This document shows positions 63,677 to 64,000 of a stretch of 64,000 bases of DNA, in pieces. A program made the position numbers and the translations under genes. Each line of letters starts with the position of its first letter. The first letter of the stretch is position 1. Below the pieces are notes generated by a model, which saw nothing but the letters and a program-made list of their open reading frames with translations, ran no database searches and was not told the origin of the DNA. Source of the stretch: Alphaproteobacteria bacterium (lineage in GTDB: Bacteria > Pseudomonadota > Alphaproteobacteria > UBA828). The DNA lies in NCBI GenBank assembly GCA_965221125.1, contig CBDCRW010000006.1:320001-384000 (forward strand), in the 5' to 3' direction.

Positions 63677-64000
63677 TCGCGCGCGGCCTCAACGTCCTGC
63701 TGAGCGGCTGGTCGGGCCGCGGCCTGCTCGCCGCGCTGCTCGCCGTCGCCGTCGCCATCCCGTGGCTGGTCGGCGACCAGAGCTACGTGACCTACCTGGT
63801 GTTCACGTTCTTCGTGTTCGCCGTGTTCGGGCATGCCTGGAACCTGCTGGCCGGCTACTGCGGCCTGCTCTCCTTCGGCAACCAGGTCTATGTCGGCATC
63901 GGCGGTTTCACGCTCGCGATCATATTCTACTACGGCGGCATCAACGTCTGGCTGGCGCTGCCGATCTCCGGGGTCGTCACGGCGGCCTTCGCCTTCCTGC
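63673..64000 (+). CDS. Liv-type ABC permease (LivM-like), 3' truncated by window edge
   Basis: ATGA overlap with the livH stop; translation gives WNLLAGYCGLLSFGNQVYVGIGG. Confidence 0.85.
   Translation, partial: MIARGLNVLLSGWSGRGLLAALLAVAVAIPWLVGDQSYVTYLVFTFFVFAVFGHAWNLLAGYCGLLSFGNQVYVGIGGFTLAIIFYYGGINVWLALPISGVVTAAFAFL

Overview
High-GC bacterial chromosomal window, most likely from an alphaproteobacterium. The basis is the rpoD-dnaG-yqeY / carA-carB-greA arrangement and a GAAC-N7-GAAC LexA-type box. The housekeeping genes (rnhB, tRNA-Asn, rpoD, dnaG, yqeY, carAB, greA) are surrounded by accessory catabolic and transport clusters. (i) A hydantoinase/oxoprolinase operon has two near-duplicate B subunits. 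(ii) A DadA-family oxidase is divergent from an operon of HMF-oxidase-like GMC oxidase, an (R)-selective amine transaminase and a divergent GroEL paralog with no GroES. (iii) There is a polyamine-type ABC importer, and separately ureidoglycine aminohydrolase, GS-like and isochorismatase genes. (iv) An IS256 with 8-bp target duplications has cut off the native C-terminus of a 2-hydroxyacid dehydrogenase at the end of a Rieske oxygenase + ProU-type operon. (v) A 1920-aa autotransporter-like adhesin with an animal-type SRCR domain is convergent with an all-in-one GAF-PAS-kinase-receiver-winged-helix regulator. (vi) A 2-aminophenol meta-cleavage cluster is followed by a Liv-type ABC importer. A ~150-bp multi-hairpin repeat with compensatory base changes occurs twice between convergent genes and overlaps their stop codons. 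All product calls come from motif recognition by eye; no database searches were run. A host-associated (e.g. sponge) lifestyle is inference only.
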